Assembly (NCBI GenBank): GCA_009859145.1
Contig: VRVR01000003.1
Span: forward strand, 319,315 to 383,314
From: Andalucia godoyi And28
Taxonomy: Eukaryota; Protista; Jakobida
Direction: 5' to 3'
Length of the DNA: 64,000 bases
The translations under genes were made by a program, and so were the position numbers. Of this stretch, positions 43,079-54,145 are shown piece by piece. The notes under the pieces were generated by a model, which was not told the origin of the DNA, did no database searches, and was given only the letters and a program-made list of their open reading frames with translations. Positions within the stretch are counted from its first letter, which is position 1; every line of letters starts with the position of its first letter.

Positions 43079-45595
43079 TCAATCCGCAGACGTTTGCAGC
43101 TTGTACATCCCATTGCCCTTCTTCAAAACGTAATTGTTCATATTTAGGTAGTCCATAAAATCTTCAAATGTAAGGCTTTGCACTCGAAGGCGATTCACGA
43201 CAAGGTCCTTGATTTCCGAAATATGAAAAACAGACGAGTTCTTTCGTTGTGACTCGCGATTCAATGCAGCAACCACGCGGGTGACGTCTTTGGCCTTTGA
43301 CGATCCTCCTCGAGATGGCCGCTCAAAGTCGATGTTCCCAAACTCATCCACAACGGTATCATAAAAAGAATCGCGCATCACAAGAATAACATCGGAGGCA
43401 TCTTCTTCAGTAACCACATCACGAAGTTCCGCACGTGCGCGTGCTTTTGCTAAGCGTACCAACGCTTCCAACTGTCTTGTTGTGATGGGTGCACCATCCG
43501 CAGTCTGTTTCTTGCGCAGCGACAAGTAGAACGTTTGGAGAATGCATGAGGCTTCGGGAGACAACATCGGATGGACAAACTTCCGAGCATACGTCAACAG
43601 CTTTCGAAACGAAATTTGAGAGAGTCTGTTAATGCTCTCGTGCGGCCGCAGACGCAAGGACTCTGCTAGCGAAGCGGAACTGATGGAGCTGAAGTCCGGG
43701 ACCGAATTCATGGAAGACGATGTCAAGGACATGACATCTGCCAATGCTTGGGTTTGGCGAAATGTCGGACCGTTCCTTGTCGACGACGGATGCACACTTG
43801 TGCGGACCATTTTCGCTCCATGAATTCGCATGACGTGTTCGGATAGGAGGCGGTCATGATTTTCATCTGGCCGGTCGAGCAAGATGAAGATGAGATCGAA
43901 TCGAGACAGCAAGGGTGACGGGAGCTTGATGTTCTCAGCGACGGTTTTTGATCGATTATAATGGCCACCCGTTGGGTTGGCAGCTGCAATCACGGAGCAT
44001 CTCGATGGCAGAGAACAGCACATACCCGCTTTTGCAATGGAAATACTCTGTTGTTCCATCGCTTCCAACAGAGCTGAGTGCTCGCATGCCATCTTGTCGA
44101 ATTCATCGATGCAGCAGATTCCCTGGTCGGCGAGAACAAGAGCACCAGCCTCGAGAGAGAAATCGCCCGTAATGGAGTCCTTCACCACCGTGACGGTCAG
44201 CCCTGTCGTCGTCGCTGTATTTCCGCAGACGTACACTGATCTTGGCGATACCTGTGTGGCGGCCTTGAGAAGATTCGACTTGCCCAAACCAGGATCTCCA
44301 ACAATAAGCAAATGCGGGTCGCCTCGCACGGACATTTTTCGGGGATCCTGATCTTCGCTGGATCTGCACGCTCCAAATAACGTCAACACAAGCCCAGCCT
44401 TCACAATGTCGTGACCGTAGATTGTGGGACACAAGGAATGAACGAGAATGCGGAACAAATCTGGCTGTCGCTGCAGTTCACGGATTGCAGCCAGGTCCTG
44501 CGGAGAAAACTGATCAATCGCAGATCCAGAACTGCTTGACTGGTGCTGCTGGCTCGAGGACTTTTGGTTGACAACTGACACTGCATCAATGTATAATTGG
44601 TACACGGATCGGTTGGATTTTCCCTCGTGCTGCGCCAAGATTGCTTTTACAATGCCACAGACCGTCACCTGATCTCCAGGAACACAAGAGTCCACCAAGT
44701 CCCCACGCAGTTCGCATTCTATGGACCTTGGTATCCGTCCAGCTTCTGTTTGGTCATCGTCCATAATTTCCTGTATTCTCAGCTTCTGCCAATCCTCCGT
44801 TAGCGCACTAGACCTTTCTGGAGAAAATGCTCGCGATTTGCATCTTGGCGTTGAACATTTCTTTGGCAGAACGCATTTCCCATCGGGAAACCAGAATCGC
44901 TGTTTCGCCGAGCACTTTTCGCATACATACTGCACCGAGACAATGACTGGCTTCACGACCGATGTCCGAACAACCGTCCCTTTCAATGCCACCAATCTCC
45001 CCACGATTGCTGTTCTGATGTTGCGCAGCGGCATCAGCTGAGGCAGATTGTGAATCCGCGCATTGACTTTGGGAAAGGTATCGAACCAAAGGTCTCCTAA
45101 CTGAATATAGTACGTCATGTAGATCGAAATGCCGAGGCAAGTCAGCATCTTTTCCGGTTCCTCACACAACCTTGACGAGAATTCCGCAAGCGGAATCATC
45201 TGAATCAGTTGCTCGTAATCGAGATGGATGGCAAGGTTCTGGCTTGACAGCACATCGCTTGTCAGTTTGAGCTATTTGCAAAACAACCACGACCATCATA
45301 ACGAACAGTTTAGTATTTAAAAGACAGTTCTATAAAAACAAGAACAACAGCAACAACAACAACAAAGAAAGAGGAGCACGCAAATTCTGTTTGCTTACTC
45401 CATCCCATGTAGGACAGAACCATGAAAAGCAGAGATGCATACGGAGGGGACAAGGGACTTTCCTTCAGAAACGAAAAAGTCACGCAGCGTTCTGACCAGG
45501 ACGAGGCGGTCATCGCTGGACGTATGTTCTGGACAGTCTTCTCCGGGAAAATATGACCTCCAAACGCCCTGAACAATTCGATAAGGAACAGTCAT
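43079..45595 (-). CDS. MCM8: DNA helicase MCM8, 2 exons
   Basis: Exon 45595-45443 (WRSYFP..LVRTLRDFF, MCM8-type N-terminus), intron 45442-45272 (gtatgc..atag), exon 45271-43079. Motifs GDPGLGKS, LEAGALVLADQGICCIDEFDKM and SRFDLIF. Confidence 0.92.
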
Positions 45596-46241
45596 TCATT
45601 CACAAACAAAAAACAACAAACGACAGTAAGAAAAAACGAGAAGCGAATAAAAATTATAATTTAAGAAAAAAAAAAAAGAAAAAGAAAAAGGAAAACAGGC
45701 TCAGCGGTTGCAGCGAGTCCCAAAAATTCGAGACACGAGACACGAGAAAGTTTCGGGATGCATTGGTTGGTGTGCCACGATTTGTGTCGCGGGTGATGCT
45801 GCCTGGGCGGGCCCCGACATTTGATTATCTGTTACACAATCGGGAAATTGCCCGCTTTTGCCGAAAGGAAAGGTTTGTTTTCATTTTGCCAACGATAAAG
45901 AAGCCTATCCTGCTTCCCTGGTTGGATAGTTGCCAAAATTCTCACCGCTCTCTCACAAACAGCAACATGCCTGTTGAGTGTTTTGGGCTGTCCCATTCCC
46001 ATCCTTTCTCCAATCTTCATCTTCGTTTCTCTCCTTTTATATATATATATATATATATTCATTTGTAGTTTTTGGTTTTGTTTTTCCCTTGCTTCGTTTT
46101 TCTTCTTTTCATCCGGCTCGCTTAGATCGTAGTGGAAAGATAGGGGTACGTACAGAGGAGGAGGGCACACGAAGAAAGAGGAAACAGATTAATCGCTGGT
46201 ATTATTTTGGATAAGAAGAAGAAGCAGAAGAAAAAGGAAAA

Positions 46242-47549
46242 ATGACAGAAGAGATTGATAAGCATGTTCTACGAAAGTACGAGATTTCTCAAAAACTTGG
46301 AAAAGGTGCGTATGGCATTGTGTGGAAGAGCATTGACAAGAAGACTCGGGAAACGGTTGCGCTCAAAAAGATTTTTGACGCGTTTCAGAATGCGACGGAT
46401 GCTCAGCGAACGTATCGTGAGATTATGTTTCTTCAGCAGCTTCACCACGAGAACATAGTTCGGCTTTTGAATGTTCTAAAGGCTGACAATGATCGTGATA
46501 TTTACATAGTGTTTGAGTATATGGAGACCGATCTGCATGCGGTGATCCGAGCTTCGATTCTTGAGGACATCCACAAGCAGTATATCATCTACCAGCTTCT
46601 CAAGTCACTGCGGTACATGCATTCTGCAGGACTGATCCATCGCGACATGAAGCCCTCGAATTTGCTTCTTAATTCAGAGTGCCACATGAAGGTGGCCGAT
46701 TTTGGGCTTGCCAGGCTTATTTCGAACAATGACAAGGGAGATTCTGCAAACCCTGTTCTTACGGATTACGTTGCAACACGGTGGTATCGAGCACCGGAGA
46801 TCCTCCTTGGATCAACAAAGTACACCAAGGGAGTCGACATGTGGTCCATTGGATGCATTTTGGGTGAATTGATCGGAGGAAAGCCCATGTTTCCGGGAAC
46901 CTCGACCATGAATCAGCTTGATCGCATCATGGCAGTAACAGGAAGACCGTCCTTGGAAGACATCGACGCAATCAAGTCGCCGTTTGCAGGAACTATGCTT
47001 GACTCCATCCCGGCTTCGCAGCCTGTTTCGCTGAAGGATATGTACCCGACTGCTTCTCCAGAAGCCCTTGATCTTCTCCGGAAACTGCTCCAGTTCAATC
47101 CAAACAAGCGGATCTCAGCAGATGATGCACTCAAACATCCGTACATTGCTCTTTTCCACGACGAGGCAAATGAGCCTACTTGCGATCGACCCATCAAAAT
47201 TGGATTCGATGACAACACAAAGTATTCAATCTCGGAATACCGTGAGAAGCTGTATGAACTTATCCGAAAGAAGAGAGATCATCGTCGCAGAACAGGGTCT
47301 GGTGCCGACGATGGTGGGCAACCGCAGCCCTCGGCAGCTTCTTCTGCACCGACATCATCCAGTTCGACTGCGGCTGCATCGCATCCTGCTTCTTCGTCTT
47401 CGTCTTCGTCAACGTCTGCGTCAATGTCGAGGACTTCGAGCTCCTCATCTCATGGCACTGCAGCTGGAGGAAGAACGTCGTCGCACGGATACTATGGCGG
47501 ACATCATCACCACGGATCGTCAAGTTCCATGGGCAATCGACGCGTATGA
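46242..47549 (+). CDS. MAPK15: MAP kinase of the ERK7/MAPK15 group
   Basis: TDAQRTYREIMFL, HRDMKPSN, DFGLAR and LTDYVATRWYRAPE (TDY activation motif). Confidence 0.92.
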   Translation: MTEEIDKHVLRKYEISQKLGKGAYGIVWKSIDKKTRETVALKKIFDAFQNATDAQRTYREIMFLQQLHHENIVRLLNVLKADNDRDIYIVFEYMETDLHAVIRASILEDIHKQYIIYQLLKSLRYMHSAGLIHRDMKPSNLLLNSECHMKVADFGLARLISNNDKGDSANPVLTDYVATRWYRAPEILLGSTKYTKGVDMWSIGCILGELIGGKPMFPGTSTMNQLDRIMAVTGRPSLEDIDAIKSPFAGTMLDSIPASQPVSLKDMYPTASPEALDLLRKLLQFNPNKRISADDALKHPYIALFHDEANEPTCDRPIKIGFDDNTKYSISEYREKLYELIRKKRDHRRRTGSGADDGGQPQPSAASSAPTSSSSTAAASHPASSSSSSSTSASMSRTSSSSSHGTAAGGRTSSHGYYGGHHHHGSSSSMGNRRV

Positions 47550-47852
47550 ACGCCACCACGCGACGGTTTGCGACTCTCCTCTTTTCTTCAGACGTCTGTT
47601 TCATGATGCGGAAATTGAAAAAAAAAGAAAAAAAAAGAAACCCTTCCCCCCGAAAAAATCTCGAAAAAAGAAGAAAAAATAATCAGAATCGGAAGAAAAG
47701 AAGGAAGCAAGAATGGAAACTGTCTCGTTGTTCGTAAGCTGGTGTACTATTGCTATTGTGTTTGTTTACTGTTGTCATATCTCTTGATTTATGAGTTGTT
47801 TAATAATGGTGGATATGCTGTCTCTGTCTCGATCTCTTTATCTGTGTCAGAT

Positions 47853-47853
47853 G

Positions 47854-47899
<46 letters not shown>
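47853..47899 (+). repeat. (GTT)n microsatellite
   Basis: Trinucleotide run in the intergenic region. Confidence 0.88.
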
Positions 47900-48826
47900 G
47901 CTGTGGTCGTGGCTCCCTCTGTCTATCTGTCTATCTATTTGTCCGTCTGTACTTTTTGTGGATCGAACTGACTGGGATATCTCCATTGCTGCGCTGCCTT
48001 TTCTCTCCTCCAAGTGCGCTGTTGTTCCATGCCAGTTTCAGCAGCGACACGTTATATGTGTTTTTGTGTTTTTTGTTGATCGACGCCGTAGAAGTATCGT
48101 AAAGTCGATCACGAACCTTTCCCCCGGCCGTTCTTTTTCGTTTTTTTTCCTCATTCATTCTCCAATTCCCGATGTTCGTTGTTGCTGTCACTGGATGCTC
48201 CTGCTGTACAGACGGCTTCTGACAAATCCCAAAACGAGACAGCCTCAATTGAATATCCTATTACAGAACCCGTTTTTATTTCCACACTCGAAAGAGAAAC
48301 ATATATATTTCCACAAGCCACAAAGAGCGTCCTTTCTCTTTTGAATCTTATTTCCGTTACTCTCTCTTCGTTCATTAATCGAGTCTTTTCTGAATCTCCC
48401 AAAATCGCATCTCCAAAAGATCTCAACATCTTTCCCCCCCTCTCCTGTTTTAATCTGTTTCTGTGTCTGTTTCTGTGTCTGTTTCTGTGTCTGTTTCTGA
48501 GTCTGTTGTTGTTGTGACGGTCTGCAGCATCATTCCTGCGTGTTGGAACCTTGCAGCATTCCGCCCCGTTTATCTGTTTATTTGTTTTTCGTGTTAGCTT
48601 TTTTGTGTTTGTTTGGTATCCTGTGTCGCCCCTTTTTTGAACTACATTTCGTTCATATTCATATTCATATTGTTTGTTGTTTGTGTATTGTATTGTATTG
48701 TATTTTATTGTATTGTGCTGGATCCCTTCTTATTTGGGAGTGCTCTTTCTTCTCGCTTCTTCTGTTTTGAAACTTGGAGGTTTTTTTGTGGTCGGTTACG
48801 TGTCTCTGTATGTATTGGATTTGTCA

Positions 48827-49870
48827 ATGGGAAATTGTTGTAACAAGAAAAAAGATCGCTATGACGAGTCTGTTTCAAAGCCTAAATACCCCAAGATTTC
48901 AGAGTTTCAATTGCTGGAAATGCGCGGAAGCGCATTCAGCTCGCTGTTGTTTCACCATTCAGCGATTCGATACCCCACTCTGCTCGGGTTGGAGTACGGA
49001 ACGCTCCTGGTTGCGGATCCTGGAGAGGGAACGTGTGTTCGCAAGTTTCAAGGACACTCCGACGACGTGCTCTGCCTTGCTAGGGTGAGCCATCAACTTG
49101 CTTCTGCATCGCGCGACGGCAGCTTGCGCATTTGGGATTTGGCAAAGGAAGAACCAGAAGTGCATATCCAAGCGCATGCATCGGCGGTCGTGGGACTTTG
49201 TTCGGTTCCAGGTTCCCCCAGTGTTCTGGTTACCGGTGCCCGCGACGCCACAGTTTCGTTTTGGGATGCGGCAACGTCGACGTGTTTAGGAACTGAGAAT
49301 ATCGGTCAAAACACAGTTACTGCGATGAAGATGCTGAACGAAACAACCGTTTTGCAAACTGCGGAGGACCTTTGTTTGCGGATATGGGACGCTCGGACAT
49401 ACCAGGTGACTTCAGTGCTTGGAAAGGGGGCGCTGCAGTACTTTCCAACATGTGTCGATGTTGCAGGAGATGGACTTCATGCGGTTACTGGACACAATGG
49501 GTTCGATGGATCGGGTTGCACAGTTTGCGAATGGGATGTCAGAAATGCCTCGGCACCTGTGCGGACGCTTTGTGGCCACTTGCAAAAGGTTACCTGTGTT
49601 GCATTTCCGAGTGGCGCGCATGATTCGATCTTATCGGGAAGCAAGGACCAGACGATGCGGTTCTGGAACGTCGCAGAGGCTGCCGAAAAGCACCAGGTCA
49701 TCTTTGCCGACGACAGTCTTACATCATTCTCCTGTGATCTCGAATCCGGCATGATATCAAGTACGTTTTTCTCGGGCGATGCATGGCTTTCTGAATGGAG
49801 GGGTTTGTCGCAGATCGATGCTGGCGATGAACCGTTGAGGACGAGATCAAAGCTGCACCCTTTTTCATAG
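48827..49870 (+). CDS. WD40-repeat protein (WDR31-like) with N-terminal MGNCC acylation motif
   Basis: Multiple GH..WD repeats; Gly2 followed by Cys-Cys and a basic patch. Confidence 0.82.
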   Translation: MGNCCNKKKDRYDESVSKPKYPKISEFQLLEMRGSAFSSLLFHHSAIRYPTLLGLEYGTLLVADPGEGTCVRKFQGHSDDVLCLARVSHQLASASRDGSLRIWDLAKEEPEVHIQAHASAVVGLCSVPGSPSVLVTGARDATVSFWDAATSTCLGTENIGQNTVTAMKMLNETTVLQTAEDLCLRIWDARTYQVTSVLGKGALQYFPTCVDVAGDGLHAVTGHNGFDGSGCTVCEWDVRNASAPVRTLCGHLQKVTCVAFPSGAHDSILSGSKDQTMRFWNVAEAAEKHQVIFADDSLTSFSCDLESGMISSTFFSGDAWLSEWRGLSQIDAGDEPLRTRSKLHPFS

Positions 49871-50003
49871 TTTGTCTTACGCAGCAGGCTTGTTGCATCA
49901 ATATATATATATATATACATATTTATATTTATATCACATGGTCGTATATTTACACGTCCGGGACTCCAAGTGCGTATTTTTGCGAATGTGCGCTGAGTTG
50001 AAT

Positions 50004-50004
<1 letters not shown>

Positions 50005-50067
<63 letters not shown>
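50005..50067 (+). repeat. (CAA)21 microsatellite
   Basis: Perfect trinucleotide run between convergent genes. Confidence 0.92.
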
Positions 50068-50116
50068 AAGATTAATAAAGCAAGCACGTCACATTCTTCC
50101 ATTGATGGACTTTTGT

Positions 50117-50728
50117 TTATGCAACTGCAATTCTTTGCTTCACCTTTTCAATCAACGCAAAGAGAGTTTCAAGTGGCAATCCTTGGATGCTGTCCATGGA
50201 TCCTTCCAGCTTTGCAATCCTTGGGTTCAGCAGCGGATGCTCGCAGATGAATCCGCCTGCACAAGTATAAATATCCCCTTCCGCAACGAGCTGGTCGTCT
50301 ACCTCCGTGCCAAACGGTTCAAAGTGAATCGTGCTGATATGCACATCCTTCTCCTGGATGCCGGATGCAGGGTGCGAAACCACCAACGCCGATACCGTGG
50401 AAGCGGGAGCTCCGTTTGCATACGAACGCAGGAAGCGTCGAGCAGTCGCTTCGTCTTCCGGCTTTTCCCTGATCTCACTGTTGCAGAACACCACCTGATC
50501 CGCCGTGATCAACAGGCAGTTCCTGGACTCCGCAGAGCTGAACAGCGTAGCGCGGTTCAGCAGTGCGTCCGCCTTTGCACTGGCAATCATCAGTGCCTTG
50601 TGACTCGGATCGCTGCTGACATACTGTTTTTCATCAATATCGGGATGCGCAGTCTCGACCGCAGTCCCAAACGAGTCTTCCAAAACCTTGCGCCGCCATC
50701 GACTCGACGATCCCAGTACAATGCGCAT
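50117..50728 (-). CDS. maf: Maf-family nucleoside triphosphate pyrophosphatase
   Basis: IVLGSSSRWRR, PDIDEK, KADAL, LITADQVV, EKPEDE..ARRFL, AGGF and GSMDSIQGLP motifs. Confidence 0.9.
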   Translation of the reverse strand: MRIVLGSSSRWRRKVLEDSFGTAVETAHPDIDEKQYVSSDPSHKALMIASAKADALLNRATLFSSAESRNCLLITADQVVFCNSEIREKPEDEATARRFLRSYANGAPASTVSALVVSHPASGIQEKDVHISTIHFEPFGTEVDDQLVAEGDIYTCAGGFICEHPLLNPRIAKLEGSMDSIQGLPLETLFALIEKVKQRIAVA

Positions 50729-50792
50729 ATTCCCCGCTCCCAAATAATAGCTTTGCTTTTCACACACACACACACACACGCACCCGACACAC

Positions 50793-51350
50793 TTACGCTC
50801 TCGCAGGACTGTGGAAATGTCTCGTTCGGTACGACTTGGAAGCCCACGAACGCAGGACAAACGCCAGGATCCAGAGGGCGACCGCGCCGACGCCAACGGA
50901 CGAGAGCTTCCACAGAAATTGATGCATTGATGCTGCAGTCAGCCGGATGGAAATGGTGATCCATCGGAACCGCGGGCTCGTCGTGTCGAGCACCGCGTCT
51001 CGCGTAAGCAGGAGCTCCAACCGGGCCAGTTGCGGCTGGACCTGGTCCCACAGCCAGATCGTGTACTTTGGATCGTCCGGAAACGTATTGCGCCTCAAAT
51101 AGTACACAAACTCCCGTAGTGCATCCTGGGTCGAGGGCCGATGATTCCGCGACTGCACCCAAGCATCAACCGTCCTTGCGGGAACCCTTGAACTACGGTC
51201 GCGCAGAAAATGCAGCCACTCTCCCCCACCGCGCTTCCCAAACTCCGCGCCTTCATCGTGAAGAGCAGCAACAACAACAGGTCGGAATGCATCATCATAT
51301 GCAGAGACTCCGCTATGATGCATCCCATTTTCAGACCCGCCTCTCTTCAT
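50793..51350 (-). CDS. Hypothetical C-terminally anchored membrane protein
   Basis: Open frame of about 185 codons with protein-like composition and a hydrophobic C-terminal segment (VGVGAVALWILAFVL). Confidence 0.55.
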   Translation of the reverse strand: MKRGGSENGMHHSGVSAYDDAFRPVVVAALHDEGAEFGKRGGGEWLHFLRDRSSRVPARTVDAWVQSRNHRPSTQDALREFVYYLRRNTFPDDPKYTIWLWDQVQPQLARLELLLTRDAVLDTTSPRFRWITISIRLTAASMHQFLWKLSSVGVGAVALWILAFVLRSWASKSYRTRHFHSPARA

Positions 51351-51806
51351 TTGCAACACCCGAACGTACCATAGAAACCAACCTCGCTTTCTCTTTTTGC
51401 AGGACGTGTCGCCTTCTGAGGCTCTGACAAAGTGCGCCCCCGCTGTTTTCAGCGTCAATTGAGCGTAAGCAAGACGATCAAATTTTCGCTCTCTCGCATG
51501 CCTCGTCTGTAAGTACCACACACACAACACACACAACACACACAACACACACAACACACACAACACACACGTTTCTCTCTCAATGCGAAAACTCATGAAG
51601 TGCGTTTGATCGACATACGAAATGCCAAGAAACCGAAAAATTGGGTTTTTCGATTAGGTGAACTTTCTCTCTCTTCTTTTTTTTTTTTCTTGCCCCCTCT
51701 TCTTCTTCCCCCCTCCGCCTTATAACAGTAGTGATTGTAGTGGTAGTTGCTTCATTGCGGATTGAACACTTTTGGAAGGAAGAGAAGAGAAAGGAAGAAG
51801 GACATC

Positions 51807-53840
51807 ATGCAAGTTCTCCTTGAACAGAGAGATGATTTACTGAATAAGCGCATTCATTATGTTCCTGCTCGTCGTGTGGACGAGTATGATGTTCTGAAGT
51901 CCAAATACGAACCGTTGAACAAGAATGTGCCGATCGTGAGTTCTGCTGCATCTGCAGTGACCACAAAGGATGCGCCTGCGGACCACACTCGAAGCAAAGA
52001 AGAAAATCGACAGAGGAGTCATCGTGTTATTGATGGTGATGCAAGATCAGTTTCGCTGTCGTGGACTCGAGCAGTTCCTGTTGGTGGCGGTCTCCAGAAT
52101 CTGGGGAATACATGTTTTATGAACTCGGTTCTGCAATGTCTGAGCTATGTTCCAGCAATCGCTGCGTTTTCCGAGTCTGGAGACCTTGGAAATGCTCCTT
52201 GGAACAAGGACAAGAAGAGCGAGTCGAATTTTCATGCGGGAAAAGTGTTGCAAGACCATGTTCGACAGGTTTTCTCTTCTGGGGGGCGACCAGTGGCACC
52301 CAGAAGCATTGCTAATGCATTGAGATCTATCGGGAAACAGTTCAGAATTGGAAGACAAGAAGATGCACACGAATTTCTGAGATGCTTGGTGGATAAGCTG
52401 CCTACCGAGTTGATGAAGAGGGTGTTTGGGGGCCAGCTCAGATCGCAGGTACGGGTGTTGGAGTCTGGTATCGAGTTTGAGTCGAATACGTTTGATGATT
52501 GCATGGATCTGTCGTTGGAGGTGATTCGGGCGACGTCTCTCGATAAGTGCTTGCAGCATTTCACAGAGGCAGAGGTACTGGACGGCGACAACAAGTACCG
52601 GTATGGGAAGAAACTGTGCAAGGCGCAGAAGCAGTTTCTCGTCAGCGTACCACCAAACGTGCTCGTTATCCAGTTTAAGAGATTTGAGTTTTCTGGAAGG
52701 AATGGAAACAAGATTGGGAAGTTCGTATCGTTTCCGGCGGTTCTGAATATGAAGCCGTACACAACAAACAAGGACACGAACGTAGAATACGACTTGTGTG
52801 GGGTTGTTGTGCATTCCGGTGCGTCGCTGTCGTCTGGCCATTACTTTGCCTTCGTCAAGGCAGCGAACGGATCGTGGTACTGCATGGACGATTCCCGTGT
52901 GTCGCCAGTGAGCATTAACATTGTTCTCCAGCAGAACGCATACGTTCTATTCTACAATCGAAAATCGGATGCTGCTTCATTTCAGCCCCTACGAGATGGC
53001 AGTACCACCAAATCCGCTTCTGCCGCTTCCCGAGGCTCCACCGCATCCGCGTCTGCGTCCTCGTCAAGAGGGAATTCTTCAAGTACTGAAACAAATTCCA
53101 AAATTTCTCTCAAAATTGTAGCAGAAAAGCGACAGCAAAGAAGCAGTGGAGGAGACACATCCTCCTCATCCTCCTCAGAAGACGATGAAGCCGACGGGCT
53201 GCCGTTGGCGAAGAGAAGAAGGCTCTCAGCAGTCAGTGGAAATGGAAAGTTGAGCATTGCACATGACATTGATACCTCGGATTCCGAGTCTGCGGCAGAT
53301 GTTGAGAATGGAGATTGCATTGTAACTCCATCCCCCGAGATTTTGGCCAAGATTGTGAACTGGCACAGTGCTACACGAAGAGTGTGGTCAGCGAGACCCA
53401 ACCGGCTGCGTGCTGCTCATCGCATCCAGAGCAGTGCGTCTGTTTTGTATCCATCTGTCCAAATCACGGAATTCGCCGCACCACCACAAGAAGCTGTTCA
53501 TCCGCAATCCTCCAACCAGACGGTGGCGTCGGCGGTGGAGAAGAGCGTTCGGAAAGCTTCAGCCGCCGACTTGTCTGCAAAGAGTGCGATGTTCACTCCT
53601 GTATGGGACCATGAAGACGCGAAGAAGGCTGTGGCAGAGAAGAGACTGAAGGAAAAGGAGCATCGCCGCAAGCAACGGGACGTCGAAGAGGACCACTGGA
53701 ATAATGAACTCGACAAGGGCAGATCCAAAAAGGCAAAGTCTGAGAAGGCTAGCATGGGTACGGAAACCGGTAGCGAGAATCCGTTTTTCCGCGTGCAGGT
53801 TTCCAACCAACATGACCGAAGCGAGCGGGCGATTCGATAA
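51807..53840 (+). CDS. USP36: Ubiquitin-specific protease, USP36/42-like
   Basis: Cys box GLQNLGNTCFMNSVLQCL, RQEDAHEFL and His box YDLCGVVVHSG..SGHYFAFVK..WYCMDD. Confidence 0.88.
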   Translation: MQVLLEQRDDLLNKRIHYVPARRVDEYDVLKSKYEPLNKNVPIVSSAASAVTTKDAPADHTRSKEENRQRSHRVIDGDARSVSLSWTRAVPVGGGLQNLGNTCFMNSVLQCLSYVPAIAAFSESGDLGNAPWNKDKKSESNFHAGKVLQDHVRQVFSSGGRPVAPRSIANALRSIGKQFRIGRQEDAHEFLRCLVDKLPTELMKRVFGGQLRSQVRVLESGIEFESNTFDDCMDLSLEVIRATSLDKCLQHFTEAEVLDGDNKYRYGKKLCKAQKQFLVSVPPNVLVIQFKRFEFSGRNGNKIGKFVSFPAVLNMKPYTTNKDTNVEYDLCGVVVHSGASLSSGHYFAFVKAANGSWYCMDDSRVSPVSINIVLQQNAYVLFYNRKSDAASFQPLRDGSTTKSASAASRGSTASASASSSRGNSSSTETNSKISLKIVAEKRQQRSSGGDTSSSSSSEDDEADGLPLAKRRRLSAVSGNGKLSIAHDIDTSDSESAADVENGDCIVTPSPEILAKIVNWHSATRRVWSARPNRLRAAHRIQSSASVLYPSVQITEFAAPPQEAVHPQSSNQTVASAVEKSVRKASAADLSAKSAMFTPVWDHEDAKKAVAEKRLKEKEHRRKQRDVEEDHWNNELDKGRSKKAKSEKASMGTETGSENPFFRVQVSNQHDRSERAIR

Positions 53841-54145
53841 CCATCCTCCAATGGATTGTTGACGTACAACGTTCGGCATGCGCGTTTACTGAAAGCTGAA
53901 TACTCAATTATGTTGTTACTGTAAATAGAGCGAGGAATGTACAAACCGCGAGAAAAACGGCAAGAAAGACAAAGAGGTGAGAGGGTGGGGAAGGCGCCAG
54001 ACGAATGCAGCAGACACGAGGCGAACGAAGTGGAGAACAAAAAAGGTGTCAAAAAAGACGCAAATGTAGAAATGGAGATGGACGGACAGATTTGTGGAGA
54101 GATAGATAGATGGATAGATGGATGAGTGGATATGACAGAAACCAG

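Noticed and set aside
45310-45595. Stand-alone small ORFs upstream of MCM8
   Set aside because: 45595-45443 is MCM8 exon 1 and the rest is intron.
47742-48770. Several ORFs with poly-L, poly-C or poly-N tracts
   Set aside because: They are translations of microsatellites (GTT, TCTGTGTCTGTT) in UTR or intergenic DNA.
51518-51572. (ACACACAAC)n tandem repeat considered as a CRISPR-like or telomeric array
   Set aside because: The units are contiguous with no spacers and it is not a G-rich telomeric motif. It is an ordinary simple repeat.
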